Positions 9,159 to 19,891 are shown, numbered from the stretch's first letter. The stretch: DNA of 64,000 nucleotides from an uncultured Acidobacteriota bacterium (GCA_963713825.1 CAVQNG010000003.1:1600001-1664000), one strand, 5' to 3'. The notes: generated from the letters alone by a model not told the origin. Translations and numbers: made by a program.

Positions 9159-10424
9159 TCAGGCGGGCTCGGCGGGGAGTCTCTCCACCCTGGCGCCGAG
9201 CTGCTGCAATTTCAGTTCCATTTGCTCGTAGCCCCGATCGAGGTGATAGATGCGGCCGACGATCGTCTCCCCGGCAGCGGCGATTGCCGCCAGCACGAGG
9301 CAAGCAGAGGCCCTCAAGTCGGTCGCCATGACCCGGGCTCCGGAGAGGGGCGTGGGGCCACGCACGTGGGCGAAGGTGCCTTGAGTGTGGATATCAGCGC
9401 CCATCCGGGCGAGCTCTGGAACATGCTGGAAGCGGTTCTCGAACACCGTCTCGCAGATCGTTGCCTGTCCGGTCGCCTGAGTCATCAGGGCCATGTACTG
9501 AGCCTGCAGGTCGGTGGGGAAGCCCGGATGGGGCGCCGTCAGCACATCCCGTGGCTTGAGCTCCCCCACACGACTCAGGCTCAAACCGGTGTCGGAGACG
9601 GTCAAATCACAGCCACTCTCAGCCAGCTTTTCCAGCAGCGGTGCCAAATCGGCAGATGTAGCTCCCCGGACCAGGATCTCTCCGCCGGTTATGGCGGCCG
9701 CAATCAGGTAGGTGCCAATCTCGATCCGGTCGCGAATCACCTGATGCGAAGCGGAGCCCAGACTCTCGACGCCCTCGATCTCGATCCGCTCGGAACCGGC
9801 CCCCTGAATTCGCGCTCCCATCTTGCCGAGGAGAGTTGCCAGATCGCCGATTTCTGGCTCCATGGCGCAGTTTTCGAGGACCGTGGTACCCCGCGCGAGG
9901 CAGGCCGCCAGCATCAGGTTCTCGGTGCCGGTCACCGTCGGGACATTGAAGCGAAAAGAGCCTCCGGTCAGTCGGCGGGCCCGCGCCGAGACGTATCCAT
10001 GTTCGAGTTGGACTTTGGCACCCAGAGCCTCGAGGCCGGCGAGATGTTGGTCGATCGGTCGTACCCCGATCGCGCAGCCCCCGGGCAGGGAGACGCGGGC
10101 GTGGCCCAGCCGGGCCACCAGGGGTCCGAGAACGAGAATGCTCGCTCGCATGGTCTTGACGAGCTCGTAGGGAGCATCATCGGGTCGAGCCCGCTCCCCG
10201 GTCTGCAGATGGACGCTGTCGCCTCGCTCTTCACTCTCTACTCCGAGATGGGCCAGCAGGCGCCGCATGGTGCGAATGTCTCGTACGACAGGTAGACCTG
10301 CCAGCTCGAGCTCACCTTCAGTGAGAAGGCTGGCCGCCAGAGCCGGCAAAGCGGCGTTTTTGGCTCCACTGGCGGTGACCTCGCCCTGGATCCGGTTGGG
10401 TCCGACAATGCGAAAACACTCCAC
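9159..10424 (-). CDS. murA: UDP-N-acetylglucosamine 1-carboxyvinyltransferase
   Basis: SGAKNAALP, MRASILVLGP, PGGCAIGVRP, PGFPTDLQ, ATDLRA, HLDRGY. Confidence 0.98.
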   Translation of the reverse strand: MECFRIVGPNRIQGEVTASGAKNAALPALAASLLTEGELELAGLPVVRDIRTMRRLLAHLGVESEERGDSVHLQTGERARPDDAPYELVKTMRASILVLGPLVARLGHARVSLPGGCAIGVRPIDQHLAGLEALGAKVQLEHGYVSARARRLTGGSFRFNVPTVTGTENLMLAACLARGTTVLENCAMEPEIGDLATLLGKMGARIQGAGSERIEIEGVESLGSASHQVIRDRIEIGTYLIAAAITGGEILVRGATSADLAPLLEKLAESGCDLTVSDTGLSLSRVGELKPRDVLTAPHPGFPTDLQAQYMALMTQATGQATICETVFENRFQHVPELARMGADIHTQGTFAHVRGPTPLSGARVMATDLRASACLVLAAIAAAGETIVGRIYHLDRGYEQMELKLQQLGARVERLPAEPA

Positions 10425-10502
10425 GATCGACTCCTTGTCGCCTATTGTCTACCACTCACGAGGTGGAGGGTACAGCGGCAGGTGTCACGCAGCTGCTTGG
10501 CG

Positions 10503-11342
10503 TCAGCGGCGTCGGAGCTGGGCGATCCGATCAAAACCAGCCAGGTCCGGGTGTATGGCTTCGAGATCGAAGGTGGAAGCGCCAGCCGAGGCGGCGATCG
10601 ACTCCGCCTGGGCGGCGCCGATCTCGAGCAGAACCGGGGTACCACTTTGAAGCCCGGAGAGGGTGTCCAGCAGGCGCTCTAGAAGGGAGTGACCGGCAGG
10701 ATGTGAGAAAAGCGCTGTTTCGGGCTCGAACTCGGTGATTTCAGGCGAGAGAGAGGAGGCTTCCTCGCGGCCGACATAAGGCGGATTGCTGACGACCAGC
10801 TGGTAGTCCTCCAGATCGCAAGCCGAAGCGAGGTCCGTCGCCACCAGGGCCAGTCTCTCGCCGACTTCATGTCGTTGGGCATTGCGCTTGGCCACGCGGA
10901 GAGCTGCCTGCGAGACGTCCGTCGCGAGGACCCGACTCCCTGCAATCTCAGCGAGGAGAGTGACAGCCAAGCACCCTGAGCCCGTGCCGATGTCCAGGAT
11001 GCGGGGCTGGGATGGAAGGCCGAGTCGCAGAGCGATCTCGACGATGTGCTCCGTCTCGGGACGAGGGATGAGGACTCGGCGGTCGACAAGGAAGGCCCTG
11101 CCAAAGAACTCCTTCTCACCCAGGATGTAGGCAATGGGCTCTCCTGCGAGGCGCCTGTCCAGGAGCTTCTGGAACTTTCCGTGGAGACTGGGGTCGAGCT
11201 CGTCGTGACCGTGAGCGAGAAGGTGCGCTTCGGACCAGTTCAGGGTCCAGGCCAGCAGGAGGTTGGCTTCACGAAGGGCGGGTTGGAAGGGAGCTGCTGC
11301 GAGCCGCTCCCGAGCCGAGATCAGCGTCTGATCGATCTTCAA
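10503..11342 (-). CDS. prmC: Release factor glutamine methyltransferase
   Basis: [22 protein letters not shown]; immediately downstream of prfA. Confidence 0.96.
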   Translation of the reverse strand: MKIDQTLISARERLAAAPFQPALREANLLLAWTLNWSEAHLLAHGHDELDPSLHGKFQKLLDRRLAGEPIAYILGEKEFFGRAFLVDRRVLIPRPETEHIVEIALRLGLPSQPRILDIGTGSGCLAVTLLAEIAGSRVLATDVSQAALRVAKRNAQRHEVGERLALVATDLASACDLEDYQLVVSNPPYVGREEASSLSPEITEFEPETALFSHPAGHSLLERLLDTLSGLQSGTPVLLEIGAAQAESIAASAGASTFDLEAIHPDLAGFDRIAQLRRR

Positions 11343-12424
11343 CCCTGGGCCTGTTCGGCGGTCTGCTTCATGAGCTCCGCCTGGAAGTGGGCCGACAAGG
11401 GCTCGATCAGGCTGTCGAGCTCACCCTCGAGGATGATCGGCAACTTGTGCACAGTCAGTCCGATCCGATGGTCGGTGACCCGATTCTGAGGGAAGTTGTA
11501 CGTGCGGATCTTCTCGGAGCGGTCGCCACTGCCGACCATCTTGCGCCGCTCGGAGCTGGCCTCCGACTCCGCCTTCTCCCGCTCGATCTCCAGCAACCTC
11601 GACTTCAGAACCCGCATGGCCTTGGCCCGGTTCTTGATCTGGCTTCGCTCGTCCTGGCAGCTGACGACGATGCCGGTGGGCAGATGCGTGATGCGCACCG
11701 CCGAGTAGGTCGTGTTGACTCCCTGGCCTCCTGGGCCGGAGGAGCAGAAGCGATCGATCCGGAGATCCTTCTCCTCGATCGAGACCTCGACGTCCTCGGC
11801 CTCCGGCAGGATCGCGACGGTTACGGCCGAAGTGTGGATTCGACCAGACGCCTCGGTCTCGGGAACGCGCTGTACGCGATGGACACCGGCCTCGTGCTTG
11901 AGGCGGCTGAAAGCCCCCTTGCCTTCGATGATGGCTGAGACCTCCTTGACGCCCTTGATGCCCGATTCGGAGAGGTCGATGATCTCCACGCGCCAGCGCT
12001 GTTGCTCCGCGTAGCGGCTGTACATGCGAAAGAGCTCTCCCGCGAAGAGGGTGGCCTCGTCACCACCCGTTCCAGCCCGGATTTCCAGCACCACGTTGCG
12101 GGCGTCGTTGGGATCTTTTGGAGTCAGCTCGATGCGGAGCTTCTCTTCGAGATCCTGAAGCTCCTGGTCGAGGCGGTCCTTCTCCTCTTGGGCCATCTCG
12201 AAGAGCTCTTCGTCTTTGCTGAGCGTACCGAGCAACTCTTCGGTCTGCTGGAGCTCCTCCCTCGTGGCCTTGAACTGTTGAAACAGCTCGATCACTGGCG
12301 AAATCTCGGCCAGCTTCTTGCTGGTCTCGCGGAACGCCTCCTGATCGGCGTGGATCTCCGGATCGGACAACCGGGCCGTCAGGTCTTCGTGAGTCTTTTC
12401 GAGCTCTTGCAGTTGCTCCAGCAT
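11339..12424 (-). CDS. prfA: Peptide chain release factor 1
   Basis: [12 protein letters not shown] (PxT motif), [17 protein letters not shown]; ATG at 12424 follows a GGAGAGG SD. Confidence 0.97.
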   Translation of the reverse strand: MLEQLQELEKTHEDLTARLSDPEIHADQEAFRETSKKLAEISPVIELFQQFKATREELQQTEELLGTLSKDEELFEMAQEEKDRLDQELQDLEEKLRIELTPKDPNDARNVVLEIRAGTGGDEATLFAGELFRMYSRYAEQQRWRVEIIDLSESGIKGVKEVSAIIEGKGAFSRLKHEAGVHRVQRVPETEASGRIHTSAVTVAILPEAEDVEVSIEEKDLRIDRFCSSGPGGQGVNTTYSAVRITHLPTGIVVSCQDERSQIKNRAKAMRVLKSRLLEIEREKAESEASSERRKMVGSGDRSEKIRTYNFPQNRVTDHRIGLTVHKLPIILEGELDSLIEPLSAHFQAELMKQTAEQAQG

Positions 12425-12499
12425 GGTGATTCGAGCCTCTCCACTTTCCCCAGGCACACTTCGGCCCGGATACGACAGAAGGAATGGGGGTTGGAGGGG

Positions 12500-12700
12500 C
12501 TAGCGCTCGCCGTAGCGCTGCTTGAAACGCTCGACTCGACCGGCGGTGTCTACAAACTTCTGCTTGCCCGTGAAGAACGGGTGGCAGGCGTTGCAGATCT
12601 CCAACCGCAAGTTCTCTTTGGTCGAGTAGGTCTCGAACGTATTGCCGCAGGCGCAGGCGGCCGTCACCAAGTGCAGCTGGGGATGAATGTCCTTCTTCAT
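12500..12700 (-). CDS. rpmE: 50S ribosomal protein L31 (Zn-binding type A)
   Basis: MKKDIHP...CACG...[25 protein letters not shown]; start at ATG 12700. Confidence 0.97.
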   Translation of the reverse strand: MKKDIHPQLHLVTAACACGNTFETYSTKENLRLEICNACHPFFTGKQKFVDTAGRVERFKQRYGER

Positions 12701-12721
12701 GATGTCGACCTCGATTGACTG

Positions 12722-12774
12722 GCTTCTCGAGAGCGCTTGAGACACAATAGTGCGTCTTGTCGAAGCCGAGAAGC
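12722..12774 (-). promoter_or_regulatory. Hairpin in the rpmE 5' leader (candidate r-protein leader)
   Basis: Outer stem GCTTCTCG/CGAGAAGC and inner stem AGACGCA-CTAT-TGTGTCT, just downstream of a TTGTTC-N17-TATTCT promoter-like site. Confidence 0.45.
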
Positions 12775-12941
12775 GGGAAGAATACTCAATTCCTCCTGAA
12801 AGAACAACCTCCTAAGCTCCAGTATTCCTGCCAATAGCATCGTTCTAGGGACTTCGGTCGACCAAGTAGTTGGAGAATCGACATGTGGAGCCTCGAGGAA
12901 ACCTGCAAGCGGAAGTCGCGTAAAGGACCTCTGAGTGGAGT

Positions 12942-15206
12942 TTGTCTGTGTTCGTCGCACCTGAGATAGGACCGCGGCTATCGGTCGGTCTTTGCGTCAG
13001 CCTTCTTGTGCTGACTGCTGCTGGTGTGTTGGCGCAGGCAAGCCCCAGGCCCAGAACCGAGTACTCGATCCCCCGCACGGAGTCACCGATCAATGTCGAT
13101 GCCAAGCTCGACGAGCCGGCGTGGCAGGAAGCTGCCCGAATCGACCTGCAGTATGAGACCCACCCTGGCGAGAACATCCCCGCACCGGTAGAGACCGAGT
13201 GTCTGGTTACCTACGACAGCAGCCACGTCTATATCGCTTTCAGGGCCTACGATGAGAATCCGCAAGCGATTCGAGCCCACATGGTCGACCGGGACACGGC
13301 GTTCAATGACGATTTCGTCGGCGTCGTGCTGGACACCTTCAACGACGAGCGCCGGGCCTTCGAGTTCTTCGTCAATCCTCTCGGCGTACAGATGGATCTG
13401 TTCAACGACGATCTGAGCCACGATGAGACAACGTCCTGGGACGCGATCTGGTCCTCGGCAGGTCGCATCACCGAAGAGGGGTATGTTGTCGAGTTGGCGA
13501 TTCCCTTCCATCAGCTTCGATTTCCGAGTGGTGGTGAGGAGCTGACCTGGGGCTTCGACGCGGTGCGCTTCTATCCGCGCAGTGACCGGGTCCGGATCGC
13601 TAGCCAGCCCATGGATCGAGGAGTGAGCTGCTACCTCTGTCAGATCTCGAAGGCCACCGGCTTCGAGGGCGCCAGCGCCGGGCGCAACATCGAGCTGGTG
13701 CCGACGCTGACCGCGGGTCGAACCGATGAAAGAGAGGACTTTCCCGAGGGCGACCTACAGGACGGCAGCGCAGAGACTGAGCTGGGTTTGACGGCCAAAT
13801 GGGGCATTACCCCGAGCCTGACCGGAAATCTGGCTCTGAACCCCGACTTCTCTCAGGTCGAAGCCGATGTCGCTCAGCTGGATGTCAACAACCCATTTGC
13901 CCTGTTCTACCCGGAACAGAGACCCTTCTTCCTCGAGGGAGCCGACATCTTCTCGACTCCACTCGATACGGTGTTCACACGCAATGTGGCGGACCCGTTG
14001 TGGGGAGGCAAGATCTCCGGCAAGCAGAGCATCCATGGTCTCGGAGTCTTCGTGGCTCAAGACCAGGTCACCAACCTGCTGTTTCCTGGCAGCGAAGGTT
14101 CTGACAGTGATTCCTTTGACTTCAAGACGATCGACTCGGTCTTGCGATACCGCCGCGACTTCGGAAACGCATCAGCCATAGGGGCCCTGTTTACAGGCCG
14201 GGAGGGTGACAACTACCACAACCGGGTGGCTGGCGTCGACGGCGTCTATCGCATCACCGATACCCACTCCCTACGATTCCAGGCCCTCGGTTCTCAGAGC
14301 CTCTACCCAGACGACATTGCCGAGGACTACGACCAGCCAATGGGTAGCTTCAGCGACCAGGCGTACCTCTTGGGGTACAGCCATGACTCGAGGAACTGGC
14401 GGGGCTGGGCGCGGTACCAGGACATCGGTGAGGATTTCCGCGCCGACATGGGCTTCATGCCTCAAGTCGACTTTCGAGAGGGCTCGACCGGCTTCGAACA
14501 CAATTGGTGGGGAAAGGAAGGCGACTGGTACAACCGCATCGAGCTCGGTAGCGAGCTCGAGCGCAACGAAGACCAGACAGGGCAGCTGTTGCAGCAGGAG
14601 TGGAGAGTGTGGAGTGGTGTCGGCGGTCCTCTACAGTCCTTTGTCTGGCTCAATCTGTCCCTCGCAGAGCAGGGGTACGAAGGCGAAGTCTTTAACGCCA
14701 ACGCTGTGCGAACCTTCTTTCGAATTCAACCGAGCGGCATGTTCTCGTTCGATATGTTCTCTCGCATTGGCGGGCAGGTGGATTTCGACAATGTTCAGCA
14801 AGGCGATGCTGTGAGGCTCGTGCCGAATTTTAGGCTCAACCTGGGGCGCCATGTTCAGGCGCAACTACGCCACACCTATGAGCAGCTGGACGTCGACGAT
14901 GGACGGCTCTTCACCGCCAACTTGAGTCAGTTGCGCTTCGTCTATCAGTTCAACATCCGCACCTTCGTTCGGGCGATTGTCCAATACACCGACATCGATC
15001 GGGACTTGAGTCTCTATGACGATCCCGAGGATGTAGACGCCAAGACCAATCAGGTCTTCAGTCAGTTGCTGTTCTCTTACAAGGTGAATCCGCGCACCGT
15101 CCTCTTCCTGGGCTACTCGGACAACCGGGAAGGCGACGAGAACAACGACCTCCTACAAGAAGACCGATCCGTCTTCCTGAAGATCGGCTACGCCTGGAAT
15201 CTGTAG
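12942..15206 (+). CDS. Exported CBM9-like / DUF5916-type outer-membrane protein
   Basis: Signal peptide; INVDAKLDEPAW CBM9-like N-terminus; NPDFSQVEAD and PEQRPFFLEG; C-terminal FLKIGYAWNL beta-strand. Start codon uncertain. Confidence 0.8.
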   Translation: MSVFVAPEIGPRLSVGLCVSLLVLTAAGVLAQASPRPRTEYSIPRTESPINVDAKLDEPAWQEAARIDLQYETHPGENIPAPVETECLVTYDSSHVYIAFRAYDENPQAIRAHMVDRDTAFNDDFVGVVLDTFNDERRAFEFFVNPLGVQMDLFNDDLSHDETTSWDAIWSSAGRITEEGYVVELAIPFHQLRFPSGGEELTWGFDAVRFYPRSDRVRIASQPMDRGVSCYLCQISKATGFEGASAGRNIELVPTLTAGRTDEREDFPEGDLQDGSAETELGLTAKWGITPSLTGNLALNPDFSQVEADVAQLDVNNPFALFYPEQRPFFLEGADIFSTPLDTVFTRNVADPLWGGKISGKQSIHGLGVFVAQDQVTNLLFPGSEGSDSDSFDFKTIDSVLRYRRDFGNASAIGALFTGREGDNYHNRVAGVDGVYRITDTHSLRFQALGSQSLYPDDIAEDYDQPMGSFSDQAYLLGYSHDSRNWRGWARYQDIGEDFRADMGFMPQVDFREGSTGFEHNWWGKEGDWYNRIELGSELERNEDQTGQLLQQEWRVWSGVGGPLQSFVWLNLSLAEQGYEGEVFNANAVRTFFRIQPSGMFSFDMFSRIGGQVDFDNVQQGDAVRLVPNFRLNLGRHVQAQLRHTYEQLDVDDGRLFTANLSQLRFVYQFNIRTFVRAIVQYTDIDRDLSLYDDPEDVDAKTNQVFSQLLFSYKVNPRTVLFLGYSDNREGDENNDLLQEDRSVFLKIGYAWNL

Positions 15207-15710
15207 GACCTTCGCCCTACCGGCGAAAGGTCCCGAGGGTTGAGGCGGCCGCCGTGCCTTCGGCCGGTCTATGAGGGCCTGGGGTTGAGGCGGCTGTCGC
15301 TTGCTCGAGTTGGCCTTTGGGGGCTTGGGGATCGAGACGGCCGATCGAACCAGGGATCTCCTTCGTCTGCGGCCTCACCCGACCATGCCCCTCCGACGAG
15401 GGAGACCCATGGCCCGATCTACCACGCTCGAGACACATTGAGAATCCGACTGCTGACGCGCCCCCTACGCCCCTAAGCCCTTACGCTCCTAAGGGTGCCG
15501 AAGGTTCGTTCGGGTGTTTCGACAGGGGGTGTGCCGAGTCGCGCGCAGCACAAGGGCCATCAAAGGGCAAGGAGGATGACGCGCGATGACGAGACAAGGT
15601 GGCGGCCCACCTCAATGAAGGGGAGGGGCTTGCCCCCTCCCGTGGGAGCCCGCAAGGGGCTCCCCTACAAAGCCGACGCCGTCCCCCAGCGAGCCACCCG
15701 GACGAACCTC
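15204..15710 (+). repeat. Composite intergenic repeat, copy 2 (longest; contains the REP doublet)
   Basis: Colinear with revcomp of 2971-3402; begins at the TAG stop of the upstream gene; lies between convergent genes. Confidence 0.92.
15617..15668. repeat. GTAG-family REP doublet (REPIN-like)
   Basis: GAAG-GGGAGGGGCTTGCCCCCTCCC, then GGGAGCCCGCAAGGGGCTCCCCTAC (revcomp GTAG-GGGAGCCCCTTGCGGGCTCCC). Absent from copy 1. Confidence 0.75.
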
Positions 15711-15737
15711 AGAAGACTCTAGTTGTGCAGGCTGAGC

Positions 15738-17117
15738 TCAGTTTGGAACGCGGTCGACCGAGATCTCGAGGCGCTTCATCATCTCGTGGAGCGTCGTCGG
15801 CTTGACCTTCAGCAGCTCGGCTGCGGCCTTTTGCACGCCGCCGGCGGCTTCGAGCGCCTTGACGATGAGCTGACGCTCGTAAGAGCTGACGGCCTCTTTG
15901 AAGGCGACCCCATTGCTGGGCAGCATCGCGGTCGGTGCCGGCAGGGAGTCGGGTTCGCGAACGCTGGGTGGCAGCAGATCCACGTCCAGAACGGAGCCTG
16001 ATGACAACACGACGGCGCGCTCGATCACGTTCTCGAGCTCCCGAACATTGCCGGGCCAGCGGTAGTCGAGTAGCAGCTCCATGGCCGCGGAGGAGATCTC
16101 TTCCAGAGCTTTGTCGTTCTCTTGTGCGTACTTGGTAAGGAAAGTACGGACCAGCAGAGGAATGTCCTCACTACGCTGTCGCAATGGCGGCAGCTGGATG
16201 GTAATGACGTTCAGTCGGTAGTACAGATCTTCGCGGAAAACGCCCTCCTGCACCGACTCTTCGATCCGGGCGTTGGTCGCCGCGATGATCCGGACATCGG
16301 CCTTGAGCGTCTCGACTCCGCCCAGGCGCATGAACTCCTTTTCTTGGATGACTCGCAACAGTTTGGCTTGTGTATCCAGGGGGATGTTGCCGATCTCATC
16401 GAAGAAGATCGAGCCGCTATTGGCGAGCTCGAAGAGTCCCTTCTTGTTGGAGACCGCCCCGGTGAACGACCCCTTGACGTGCCCGAAGAGGTTGCTCTCG
16501 AGCAGATCAGCGGGCATGGACCCCGAGTTGACGGTCACGAATGGGCCACCGGCGCGGCGCGAATGGTGATGAATGGCCTTGGAGACCAGCTCCTTGCCCG
16601 TGCCGCTCTCACCAAGGATCAGGATGTTGCTCTTCGCCGGCGCCGCCAGCTGGATGAGCTCGAAGACTTTCTGCATCGGCTTGCTCTTGCCGATGATGTT
16701 GTCGAAGCCGTAGCGTTGGCGCAGCTGCTCCTTCAACGATCGGTTCTCCGAGGTCAATCGATGCTGGTCGAGGCCCTTGCGGATCGTCAGCAGCACTTCC
16801 TCGTTCTTGAAGGGCTTCGGGATGTAGTGGAAGGCACCTTCTCGCATCGCCTCGATGGCGCCTTCGATGGAAGAGAACGCCGTGATTACGATGACGACCT
16901 GATCCGGGTCCGAGGCCCTGACCCGTTTCAATACTTCCAGGCCAGAGGTGTCGGGAAGCATCAGGTCCAACAGGATGAGCTCGACCTCTTCCTTGGCCAG
17001 CAAGTCGAGAGCCTCGCGCCCGGTTCCCGCACTGAGCGTCGAATAGCCCTCCTTGGTCAGTAGGGAGGTCAGGACGTCTTGCAGGATCTCTTCGTCGTCG
17101 ACGATCAGAATGCTCAT
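15738..17117 (-). CDS. Sigma-54-dependent response regulator (REC-AAA+-HTH)
   Basis: ILIVDDE receiver, GESGTGKE, GSFTGA, FFDEI, FREDLYYRLNV, WPGNVRELEN, C-terminal HTH. Confidence 0.94.
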   Translation of the reverse strand: MSILIVDDEEILQDVLTSLLTKEGYSTLSAGTGREALDLLAKEEVELILLDLMLPDTSGLEVLKRVRASDPDQVVIVITAFSSIEGAIEAMREGAFHYIPKPFKNEEVLLTIRKGLDQHRLTSENRSLKEQLRQRYGFDNIIGKSKPMQKVFELIQLAAPAKSNILILGESGTGKELVSKAIHHHSRRAGGPFVTVNSGSMPADLLESNLFGHVKGSFTGAVSNKKGLFELANSGSIFFDEIGNIPLDTQAKLLRVIQEKEFMRLGGVETLKADVRIIAATNARIEESVQEGVFREDLYYRLNVITIQLPPLRQRSEDIPLLVRTFLTKYAQENDKALEEISSAAMELLLDYRWPGNVRELENVIERAVVLSSGSVLDVDLLPPSVREPDSLPAPTAMLPSNGVAFKEAVSSYERQLIVKALEAAGGVQKAAAELLKVKPTTLHEMMKRLEISVDRVPN

Positions 17118-19891
17118 GAGGCTTGCTCGGGTCGCGACTCGAGGCGGGGCAGCTCGACAATGAACCGACTTCCCTCACCTCTGTGGCTTACGACACGGAG
17201 CTCGCCGCCGTGGCGCCGGACGATGTTGTAGCTGATGGACAGACCTAGTCCGGTGCCACCTTCGGCCAGCTTTGTGGAGTAGAAGGGCTGGAAGATCTTG
17301 TCCAGTTCCTTCGTTCCAATTCCAGGACCGTTGTCATCCACGGAGACCACGATCCACTTGTCTCGGAGCTCGAGCTCCACTCGCAGCTTACCCTGCCTGC
17401 CAGTTTGAGCCATGGCATCGAGGGCATTGATGACGAGATTGGTGAAGACCTGCTGCAGCTCACCCTCGTGACCCAGAACGAGGCTTTCCTCTTCGGGCGC
17501 GTTCCATTCGAGCAGGGTGTCGCTCTCCAACAATCTTTCCTTGAGCAACTCCAGGCTCTCTCCGATCAGTGGTCGAAGTGAGACGGGAGCCTCGGCGTGC
17601 TGCCGGTCTCGCGCGAAATCCAGCAGGCTGTTGACGATGCGGGCTGCCCTGAACGTCTGCTTCTCTACCTTCTCCAGCAACTGCCGCCGTGGGTCACCCT
17701 CGGGCGTCTCGGACAAGAGCATCTGAGCGTAGCTGGAAATCCCGGTGATCGGAGTGTTGACCTCGTGCGCAACTCCGGCCGCCAGCATTCCAAGGGAAGC
17801 CAGACGCTCCTTTTCCTTCAGAGTGTTCTCCATGGCTACACGTTGACTGACATCCTGGACAATGAGAACCCGCTGATCATCGGGTCCCTCTTCCAATGGC
17901 GCCATGGAGATCTGTAGATAGCGCTCCTGGCCTTCTGGATCTTGAAATCGGACTTCCCGAATGCCGTCGCCAGGGTTGGGAAAAGACTCGAGCGGCAGAA
18001 GCTCTTGCAGACTCCGCCCCGCAACTTCCTCGATTCGCAGGCCCACGAGGGAGCCAAACGCCTGGTTGATGGAGTGCAGCTCACCGTTGCCATCGACCAC
18101 GGCGATGCCCGCCGGGGAGGATTCGATGATCTGACGGGTATAGCGCTGCAGTCGGTCGACCTCTTCCAGTTGTGTGCTGACCTGCTCGAGGAGCTGAGCA
18201 TTCTCGATCGCCAGTGCCGCCTGATTGAGTACCGATCGAATCAGCTCGAGATCGTCACTGCTCAGCGGCAGATCGCTCTGCTTGTAACCGGTCAGAAAGA
18301 TGCCGATGTAGTCGTCGCGCACGCGCAACGGGAACGCATAACGGTAACCGGAGGAGAAGAGTCGCTGTTTGGTCGTGAGCTCGTCGGTCGGGAACTCGAC
18401 CCCACTGAGCGCTTCCGATTCGATGGCCCAGAAATCGGCGTCGAAATCCTCGAAGCTCAGGGTTGGAGGTAAACCCCTCTGAGGGCGATAGGGCAGCAGT
18501 CGGTCGCCATTGGCCAGAAACAGGGTGGCGTGGTCGAGCTCCAGAGCGAGCTCGAGTTGGTCGAGCAAACTGGAGCAGAGTCGACCCAGCGACCGCTCTT
18601 CCAACATCTGCTGGCCAAAGCGGCCCAGCGCTCGGCGCTTACTCCAGGTTGTCCGGTGCTGGAACCGCTCGAGCGAGGAGCTCACGCCACGCCTGGTCGG
18701 CACGAGAAGGCCCGCAATGACCAGGCCCGACAAGAAAGAGGCCATCGTGCGAGCGATGTTGAGCTCGGTGGGAACCACCCGAGTTACCAGCATATTGGCT
18801 AGCGAGAAGCCCACGACGCCGACCAGGATCGTAACGCTCAGAGAGACCGTGTCACGGACGATGGCACCGATATCCCACAGCTTGTACCGCAGGATGGCAT
18901 AGGCGAACGTCAAGGGCACCAGGGCCAATGGCAGGACGGCGAGCGAGGTCACCGGGGTCGGCCACTGCGCTCCAAAGGTCAAAGGCAGGACATAGAGCCC
19001 GAGAAACGGCAGGTATCCGGCCGCCATTCCCACCGCGATCCAAGTGGCCTGACGGTGGGGTTCGGGTTGGCTGATGCTCCTGAGCCGCCAGACCAGAACC
19101 GTGACAGCCGCCAGTGCGAACAGCACCAGATGATAGAGCTCCAGTTGGTCGAGAATTCCGAGAGCCGCCTCGACCTGGCCACCCAGCAGCCAGCGACCGT
19201 TCGAGAAGATCAAGTCGGCTTGCAGCGCCAGGAGGAATGCACTGGGGAGGTAGAGGAAAGGAATCAGGCGAGATAGCTTTTCCTTGCGGACGAGGGGTCG
19301 GGGAAAGACCAGGAACAGATGAAGAGTCAGGGGTGCGAGGAGAATCCTGGCCACCTCGTCGAAAAGATAGATCGTCCTTCCAGCCAGATCGTAGGGCGGT
19401 GCCGGCGAAGCAATGTACAAGACTGCGGAAGCCAGGCACCAGAGGTAGAACAGGAACGATGGTCGGCGCTGGTCCCGAAGAAGGGTGTAGATGCCGATCA
19501 ACAGGTAGGCGATACCGATCAGCGCAAGAATCAGGTACGGAAGATCGACGGCCAGGGAGGGCAGCTCGTAGCTCACTCTCGCCATCTGCTCGCCGCGCAG
19601 GATCACCAGCTCGCTCGAAACCCTCTGTCTCAGGGCGCTGGTCGGATCGGCAAGTTGCCCGAATTCCTGGCCATTGATCAGGAGGATCTGATCTCCGATC
19701 AGGAGACCGCTGTCCTCATGGTCGATGGCGGTGACCTGCCAGTAGGCGCCCTTGTCGTCGGCGCTGAAACCAAGAGGTTGGAACGAAGAGGCTTTGCGGG
19801 AAAAACTCAGACCCGCAAAAGCAATGACCACGGCGGCCAGAATCAGGGCCGCGATCAGGGGTCTTGCACGAGTTGGCGTGGTTCTTGGCAT
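17114..19891 (-). CDS. Multi-TM sensor histidine kinase (PDZ-like, TM, GAF, PAS, HisKA, HATPase)
   Basis: GDQILLING PDZ-like segment, multiple TM helices, AALAIENA, AHEVNTP H-box, N/G1/G2 boxes. Confidence 0.93.
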   Translation of the reverse strand: MPRTTPTRARPLIAALILAAVVIAFAGLSFSRKASSFQPLGFSADDKGAYWQVTAIDHEDSGLLIGDQILLINGQEFGQLADPTSALRQRVSSELVILRGEQMARVSYELPSLAVDLPYLILALIGIAYLLIGIYTLLRDQRRPSFLFYLWCLASAVLYIASPAPPYDLAGRTIYLFDEVARILLAPLTLHLFLVFPRPLVRKEKLSRLIPFLYLPSAFLLALQADLIFSNGRWLLGGQVEAALGILDQLELYHLVLFALAAVTVLVWRLRSISQPEPHRQATWIAVGMAAGYLPFLGLYVLPLTFGAQWPTPVTSLAVLPLALVPLTFAYAILRYKLWDIGAIVRDTVSLSVTILVGVVGFSLANMLVTRVVPTELNIARTMASFLSGLVIAGLLVPTRRGVSSSLERFQHRTTWSKRRALGRFGQQMLEERSLGRLCSSLLDQLELALELDHATLFLANGDRLLPYRPQRGLPPTLSFEDFDADFWAIESEALSGVEFPTDELTTKQRLFSSGYRYAFPLRVRDDYIGIFLTGYKQSDLPLSSDDLELIRSVLNQAALAIENAQLLEQVSTQLEEVDRLQRYTRQIIESSPAGIAVVDGNGELHSINQAFGSLVGLRIEEVAGRSLQELLPLESFPNPGDGIREVRFQDPEGQERYLQISMAPLEEGPDDQRVLIVQDVSQRVAMENTLKEKERLASLGMLAAGVAHEVNTPITGISSYAQMLLSETPEGDPRRQLLEKVEKQTFRAARIVNSLLDFARDRQHAEAPVSLRPLIGESLELLKERLLESDTLLEWNAPEEESLVLGHEGELQQVFTNLVINALDAMAQTGRQGKLRVELELRDKWIVVSVDDNGPGIGTKELDKIFQPFYSTKLAEGGTGLGLSISYNIVRRHGGELRVVSHRGEGSRFIVELPRLESRPEQAS

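Noticed and set aside
15237-15340. Tandem ~45-bp units as a mini CRISPR array
   Set aside because: Only 2-3 degenerate units; the intervening sequences are hairpins conserved between loci rather than unique spacers; no cas genes.
15217-15438. 73-aa ORF (MCLERGRSGHG...) inside the repeat as a peptide gene
   Set aside because: The homologous frame in copy 1 (ATG 3179) stops after 23 codons, and copy 3 lacks it.
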